Of a DNA stretch of 64,000 nt, positions 55,701 to 64,000 are shown one piece after another. Both the position numbers and the translations under genes were made by a program. The stretch is from the NCBI GenBank assembly GCA_964016885.1, contig OZ024762.1, positions 29,202,001 through 29,266,000 on the forward strand, given 5' to 3'. This DNA comes from Eledone cirrhosa (Eukaryota). Numbering within the stretch: the first letter of the stretch is position 1; every line of letters begins with the position of its first letter. Below the pieces are notes generated by a model. That model saw only the letters and a list, made by a program, of their open reading frames with translations. It ran no database searches and had not been told where the DNA came from.

Positions 55701-58700
55701 TCAACTCATCACATGTCCATTCCATCTCAGTCTTCTCTCCCACACACCACAACTTATCCCTCTTATACCCAGTTTCTCTCTCAACACATCACATGTCCAT
55801 ACCACCTCAGTCATCTCTCCCACACACCACAACTTATCCCTCTTATACACAGTTTCTCTCTCAACACAAAATGTCCATACCATCTCAGTCTTCTCTCCCA
55901 CACACCACAACTTATCCCTCTTATACACAGTTTCTCTCTCAACTCATCACATGTCCATACCATCTCAGTCTTCTCTCCCACACACTACAACTTATCCCTC
56001 TTATACCCAGTTTCTCTCTCAACTCATGACATGTCCATTCCATCTCAGTCTTCTCTCCCACACACCACAACTTATCCCTCTTATACACAGTTTCTCTCTC
56101 AACACATCACATGTCCAAACCATCTCAGTCTTCTCCCCCACACACTACAACTTATCCCTCTTATACACAGTTTCTCTATCAACACATCACATGTCCATAC
56201 CACCTCAGTCTTCTCTCCTGTACACTACAACTTATCCCTCTTATACACAGTTTCTCTCTCAACACATCACATGTCCATTCCATCTCAGTCTTCTCTTCCA
56301 CACACCACAACTTATCCCTCTGATACACAGTTTCTCTCTCAACTCATCACATGTCCATACCACCTCAGTCTTCTCTCCCACACACCACAACTTATCCCTC
56401 TTATACCCAGTTTCTCTCTCAACTCATCACATGTCCATACCATCTCAGTCTTCTCTCCCACACACTACAACTTATCCCTCTTATACACAGTTTCTCTCTC
56501 AACGCATCACATGTCCATACCAGCTCAGTGATCTCTCCCACACACCACAACTTATCCCTCTTATACACAGTTTCTCTCTCAACACATCACATATCCATAC
56601 CACCTCAGTCTTCTCTCCCACACACCACAACTTATCCCTCTTATACACAGTTTCTCTCTCAACACAAAATGTCCATACCATCTCAGTCATCTCTCTCACA
56701 CACTACGACTTATCCCTCTTATACACAGTTTCTCTCTCAACTCATCACATGTCAATTCCATCTCAGTCTTCTCTCCCACACACCACAACTTATCCCTCTT
56801 ATACCCAGTTTCTCTCTCAACACATCACATGTCCATACCACCTCAGTCATCTCTCCCACACACCACAACTTATCCCTCTTATACACAGTTTCTCTCTCAA
56901 CACAAAATGTCCATACCATCTCAGTCTTCTCTCCCACACACCACAACTTATCCCTCTTATACACAGTTTCTCTCTCAACTCATCACATGTCCATACCATC
57001 TCAGTCTTCTCTCCCACACACCACAACTTATCCCTCTTATACACAGTTTCTCTCTCAACTCATCACATGTCCATATCATCTCAGTCTTCTCTCCCACACA
57101 CTACAACTTATCCCTCTTATACCCAGTTTCTCTCTCAACTCATCACATGTCCATTCCATCTCAGTCTTCTCTCCCACACACCACAACTTATCCCTCTTAT
57201 ACACAGTTTCTCTCTCAACACATCACATGTCCAAACCATCTCAGTCTTCTCCCCCACACGCTACAACTTATCCCTGTTATACACAGTTTCTCTATCAACA
57301 CATCACATGTCCATACCACCTCAGTCTTCTCTCCTGTACACTACAACTTATCCCTCTTATACACAGTTTCTCTCTCAACACATCACATGTCCATACCATC
57401 TCAGTCTTCTCTCCCACACACTATAACTTATCCCTCTGATACACTGTTTCTCTCTCAACACATCACATGTCCATACCATCTCAGTCTTCTCTCCCACACA
57501 CTACAACTTATCCCTCTTATACACAGTTTCTCTCTCAACACATCACATGTCCATACCACCTCAGTCATCTCTCCCACACACCACAACTTATCCCTCTTAT
57601 ACCTAGTTTCTCTCTCAACTCATCACATGTCCATTCCATCTCAGTCTTCTCTCACACACACCACAACTTATCCCTCTTATACCCAGTTTATTTCTCAACA
57701 CATCACACGTCCATACCACCTCAGTCATCTCTCCCACACACCACAACTTATCCCTCTTATACCCAGTTTCTCTCTCAACTCATCACATGTCCATACCATC
57801 TCAGTCTTCTCTCCCACACACTACAACTTATCCCTCTTATACACAGTTTCTCTCTCAACACATCACATGTCCATACCACCTCAGTCATCTCTCACACACA
57901 CCACAACTTATCCCTCTTATACCCAGTTTCTTTCTCAACACATCACATGTCCATACCACCTCAGTCATCTCTCCCACACACCACAACTTATCCCTCTTAT
58001 ACCCAGTTTCTCTCTCAACTCATCACATGTCCATACCATCTCAGTCTTCTCTCCCACACACTACAACTTATCCCTCTTATACACAGTATCTCTCTCAACG
58101 CATCACATGTCCATACCAGCTCAGTGATCTCTCCCACACACCACAACTTATCCCTCTTATACACAGTTTCTCTCTCAACACATCACATATCCATACCACC
58201 TCAGTCTTCTCTCCCACACACCACAACTTATCCCTCTTATACACAGTTTCTCTCTCAACACAAAATGTCCATACCATCTCAGTCATCTCTCTCACACACT
58301 ACGACTTATCCCTCTTATACACAGTTTCTCTCTCAACTCATCACATGTCCATTCCATCTCAGTCTTCTCTCCCACACACCACAACTTATCCCTCTTATAC
58401 CCAGTTTCTCTCTCAACACATCACATGTCCATACCACCTCAGTCATCTCTCCCACACACCACAACTTATCCCTCTTATACACAGTTTCTCTCTCAACACA
58501 AAATGTCCATACCATCTCAGTCTTCTCTCCCACACACCACAACTTATCCCTCTTATACACAGTTTCTCTCTCAACTCATCACATGTCCATACCATCTCAG
58601 TCTTCTCTCCCACACACTACAACTTATCCCTCTTATACCCAGTTTCTCTCTCAACTCATCACATGTCCATTCCATCTCAGTCTTCTCTCCCACACACCAC

Positions 58701-61700
58701 AACTTATCCCTCTTATACACAGTTTCTCTCTCAACACATCACATGTCCAAACCATCTCAGTCTTCTCCCCCACACACTACAACTTATCCCTCTTATACAC
58801 AGTTTCTCTATCAACACATCACATGTCCATACCACCTCAGTCTTCTCTCCTGTACACTACAACTTATCCCTCTTATACACAGTTTCTCTCTCAACACATC
58901 ACATGTCCATTCCATCTCAGTCTTCTCTTCCACACACCACAACTTATCCCTCTGATACACAGTTTCTCTCTCAACTCATCACATGTCCATACCACCTCAG
59001 TCTTCTCTCCCACACACCACAACTTATCCCTCTTATACCCAGTTTCTCTCTCAACTCATCACATGTCCATACCATCTCAGTCTTCTCTCCCACACACCAC
59101 AACTTATCCCTCTTATACCCAGTTTCTCTCTCAACACATCACATGTCCATACCACCTCAGTCGTCTCTCCCACACACCACAACTTATCCCTCTTATACAC
59201 AGTTTCTCTCTCAACTCATCACATGTCCATACCACCTCAGTCATCTCTCCCACACACCACAACTTATCCCTCTCATACACAGTTTCTCTCTCAACACATC
59301 ACATGTCCATACCATCTCAATCTTCTCTCCCACACACCACAACTTATCCCTCTTATACACAGTTTCTCTCTCAACACATCACATGTCCATACCACCTCAG
59401 TCTTCTCTCCCACACACCACAACTTATCCCTCTTATACACAGTTTCTCTCTGAACACATCACATGTCCATACCACCTCAGTCATCTCTCCCACACACCAC
59501 AACTTATCCCTCTTATACACAGTTTCTCTCTCAACACATCACATGTCCATACCATCTCAATCTTCTCTCCCACACACCACAACTTATCCCTCTTATACAC
59601 AGTTAATCTCTCAACACATCACATGACCATACCACCTCAGTCATCTCTCTCACACACCACAACTTATCCCTCTTATACCCAGTTTCTCTCTTAACACATC
59701 ACATGTCCATACCATCTCAATCTTCTCTCCCACACACCACAACTTATCCCTCTTATACACAGTTTCTCTCTCAACACATCACATGTCCATTCCATCTCAG
59801 TCTTCTCTCCCACACACTACAACTTATCCCTCTGATACCCAGTTTCTCTCTCAACACATCACATGTCCATACCATCTCAGTCTTCTCTCCCACACACTAC
59901 AACTTATCCCTCTTATACACAGTTTCTCTCTCAACACATCACATGTCCATACCATCTCAGTCTTCTCTCCCACACACCACAACTTATCCCTCTGATACAG
60001 AGTTTCTCTCTCAACACGTCACATGTCCATACCATCTCAGTCTTCTCTCCCACACACCACAACTTATCCCTCTTATACCCAGTTTCTCCCTCAACACATC
60101 ACATGTCCATACCATCCCAGTCTTCTCCTCCGCTCACTACAACTTATCCTTCTGATACACAGTTTCTCTCCCACACACCACAACTTATCCCTCTTATACA
60201 CAGTTTCTCTCTCAACACATCACATGTACATACCATCTTAGTCTTCTCTCGCACAAACCACAATTTATCCCTGTTATACCCAGTTTCTCTCTCAACTCAT
60301 CACATGTCCATACCATCTCAGTCTTCTCTCCCACACATTACAACTTATGCCTCTTATACGCAGTTTCACACTCAACACATCACATGTCCATACCATCGCA
60401 GCCTTCTCTCCCACACACCACAACTTATCCCTCTTATACCCAGTTTCTCTCTCAATACATCACATGTCCATACCATCGCAGCCTTCTCTCCCACACACCA
60501 CAACTTATCCCTGTTACACACAGTTTCACACTCATCACATCACATGTCCATACCATCGCAGCCTTCTCTCCCACACACCACAACTTATCCCTCTTATACC
60601 CAGTTTCTCTCTCAACATATCACATGTCCATACCATCTCAGTCTTCTCTCCCACACACTACAACTTATCAATCTGATACCCAGTTTCTCTCTCAACACAT
60701 CACATGTCCATACCATCTCAGTCTTCTCTCCCACACACTACAACTTATCCCTCTTATACACAGTTGCTCTCTCAACACATCAAATGTCCATACCATCTCA
60801 GTCTTCTCTCCCACACACCACAACTTATCCCTCTTATACACAGTTTCTCCCTCAACACGTCACATGTCCATACCATCTCAGTCTTCTCTCCCACACACCA
60901 CAACTTATCCCTCTTATACACAATTTCTCTCTCAACTCATCACATGTCCATACCATCTCAGTCTTCTCTCCCACACACCACGACTTATCCCTCTTATACA
61001 CAGTTTCTCTCTCAACACATCACATGTCTATACCATCTCAATCTTCTCTCCCACACACCACAACTTATCCCTCTTATACACAGTTAATCTCTCAACACAT
61101 CACATGACCATACCACCTCAGTCATCTCTCTCACATACCACAACTTATCCCTCTTATACCCAGTTTCTCTCTTAACACATCACATGTCCATACCACCTCA
61201 GTCTTCTCTCCCACACACCACAACTTATCCTTCTTATACACAGTTTCTCTCTCAACACATCACATGTCCATACCACCTCAGTCATCTCTCCCACACACCA
61301 CAACTTATCCCTCTTATACACAGTTTCTCTCTCAACACATCACATGTCCATTCCATCTCAGTCTTCTCTCCCACACACTACAACTTATCCCTCTGATACC
61401 CAGTTTCTCTCTCAACACATCACATGTCCATACCATCTCAGTCTTCTCTCCCACACACTACAACTTATCCCTCTTATACACAGTTTCTCTCTCAACACAT
61501 CACATGTCCATACCATCTCAGTCTTCTCTCCCACACACCACAACTTATCCCTCTGATACAGAGTTTCTCTCTCAACACGTCACATGTCCATACCATCTCA
61601 GTCTTCTCTCCCACACACCACAACTTATCCCTCTTATACCCAGTTTCTCTCTCAACACATCACATGTACATACCATCCCAGTCTTCTCCTCCGCTCACTA

Positions 61701-64000
61701 CAACTTATCATTCTGATACACAGTTTCTCTCCCACACACCACAACTTATCCCTCTTATACACAGTTTCTCTCTCAACACATCACATGTACATACCATCTT
61801 AGTCTTCTCTCGCACAAACCACAATTTATCCCTCTTATACCCAGTTTCTCTCTCAACACATCACATGTCCATACCATCTCAGTCTTCTCTCCCACACATT
61901 ACAACTTATGCCTCTTATACGCAGTTTCACACTCAACACATCACATGTCCATACCATCGCACCCTTCTCTCCCACACACCACAACTTATTCCTCTTATAC
62001 CAAGTTTCTCTCTCAATACATCACATGTCCATACCATCGCAGCCTTCTCTCCCACACACCACAACTTATCCCTGTTATACACAGTTTCACACTCATCACA
62101 TCACATGTCCATACCACCTCAGTCATCTCTCCCACACACCACAACTTATCCCTCTTATACCTAGTTACTCTCTCAACTCATCACATGTCCATACCATCGC
62201 AGCCTTCTCTCCCACACACCACAACTTATCCCTCTTATACCTAGTTTCTCTCTCAACTCATCACATATCCATTCCATCTCAGTCTTCTCTCCCACACACC
62301 ATAACTTATCCCTCTGATACACAGTTTCTCTCTCAACTCATCACATGTCCATACCACCTCAGTCTTCTCTCCCACACACCACAACTTATCCCTCTTATAC
62401 CCAGTTTCTCTCTCAACTCATCACATGTCCATACCATCTCAGTCTTCTCTCCCACACACCACAACTTATCCCTCTTATACCCAGTTTCTCTCTCAACTCA
62501 TCACATGTCCATACCATCTCAGTCTTCTCTCCCACACACTACAACTTATCCTTCTTATACACAGTTTCTCTCTCAACACATCACATGTCCATACCACCTC
62601 AGTCATCTCTCACACACACCACAACTTATCCCTCTTATACCCAGTTTCTTTCTCAACACATCACATGTCCATACCACCTCAGTCATCTCTCCCACACACC
62701 ACAACTTATCCCTCTTATACCCAGTTTCTCTCTCAACTCATCACATGTCCATACCATCTCAGTCTTCTCTCCCACACACTACAACTTATCCCTCTTATAC
62801 ACAGTTTCTCTCTCAACGCATCACATGTCCATACCACCTCAGTCTTCTCTCCCACACACCACAACTTATCCCTCTTATACACAGTTTCTCTCTCAACACA
62901 AAATGTCCATACCATCTCAGTCATCTCTCTCACACACTACGACTTATCCCTCTTATACACAGTTTCTCTCTCAACTCATCACATGTCCATTCCATCTCAG
63001 TCTTCTCTCCCACACACCACAACTTATCCCTCTTATACCCAGTTTCTCTCTCAACACATCACATGTCCATACCACCTCAGTCATCTCTCCCACACACCAC
63101 AACTTATCCCTCTTATACACAGTTTCTCTCTCAACACAAAATGTCCATACCATCTCAGTCTTCTCTCCCACACACCACAACTTATCCCTCTTATACACAG
63201 TTTCTCTCACAACTCATCACATGTCCATACCATCTCAGTCTTCTCTCCCACACACTACAACTTATCCCTCTTATACCCAGTTTCTCTCTCAACTCATCAC
63301 ATGTCCATTCCATCTCAGTCTTCTCTCCCACACACCACAACTTATCCCTCTTATACACAGTTTCTCTCTCAACACATCACATGTCCAAACCATCTCAGTC
63401 TTCTCCCCCACACACTACAACTTATCCCTCTTATACACAGTTTCTCTATCAACACATCACATGTCCATACCACCTCAGTCTTCTCTCCTGTACACTACAA
63501 CTTATCCCTCTTATACACAGTTTCTCTCTCAACACATCACATGTCCATTCCATCTCAGTCTTCTCTTCCACACACCACAACTTATCCCTCTGATACACAG
63601 TTTCTCTCTCAACTCATCACATGTCCATACCACCTCAGTCTTCTCTCCCACACACCACAACTTATCCCTCTTATACCCAGTTTCTCTCTCAACTCATCAC
63701 ATGTCCATACCATCTCAGTCTTCTCTCCCACACACCACAACTTATCCCTCTTATACCCAGTTTCTCTCTCAACTCATCACATGTCCATACCATCTCAGTC
63801 TTCTCTCCCACACACTACAACTTATCCCTCTTATACACAGTTTCTCTCTCAACACATCACATGTCCATACCACCTCAGTCATCTCTCACACACACCACAA
63901 CTTATCCCTCTTATACCCAGTTTATTTCTCAACACATCACACGTCCATACCACCTCAGTCATCTCTCCCACACACCACAACTTATCCCTCTTATACCCAG
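31758..64000 (+). repeat. 80-bp satellite, type-B-rich, more heterogeneous domain (continues beyond window end)
   Basis: Mostly type B monomers with many 78-bp variants (CAACACAAAATGTCC) and half-monomer deletions. Type A occurs essentially only at ~32470-32570, ~36330-37600 and ~46200-47480. Confidence 0.97.

Noticed and set aside
33364-63210. Recurrent 65-79 aa minus-strand ORFs (MREMTEMVWTF...)
   Set aside because: They arise only where the 78-bp deletion monomer shifts the frame past stop codons, so they are repeat artefacts.
1-64000. CRISPR-like array (constant half + variable half)
   Set aside because: The variable half has only two related versions rather than unique spacers, there are no cas genes, and the context is eukaryotic.
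1-64000. Telomeric repeat or G-quadruplex array on the G-rich strand
   Set aside because: There is no short telomere unit, and only two GGG runs occur per 80 bp, too sparse for canonical G4.

Overview
This window is eukaryotic satellite DNA. About 97% of it is one head-to-tail array of an 80-bp monomer (~770 copies). The + strand is very C-rich and G-poor. The array has two sequence subfamilies, an older ~40-bp dimer substructure and multi-kb higher-order duplications. It is interrupted once, at 10280-12375, by a 2,096-bp non-coding LTR retroelement. The element has two 365-bp LTRs that look identical by eye (TGTAGCG...CGCTATA), a 4-bp CTAC target-site duplication, a tRNA-Trp primer-binding site (PBS) and a short polypurine tract. 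The most unusual signal is the PBS. Its tRNA-Trp complementarity runs ~32 nt, well past the canonical 18 nt, with a mismatch exactly opposite tRNA position 58 (m1A58). It is followed by a second degenerate LTR-end/PBS copy. This looks like a fossil of reverse-transcriptase read-through of the tRNA primer. No credible protein-coding gene is present: the long ORFs are artefacts of a stop-free repeat. All comparisons were made by eye, and the tRNA reference is recalled rather than searched.
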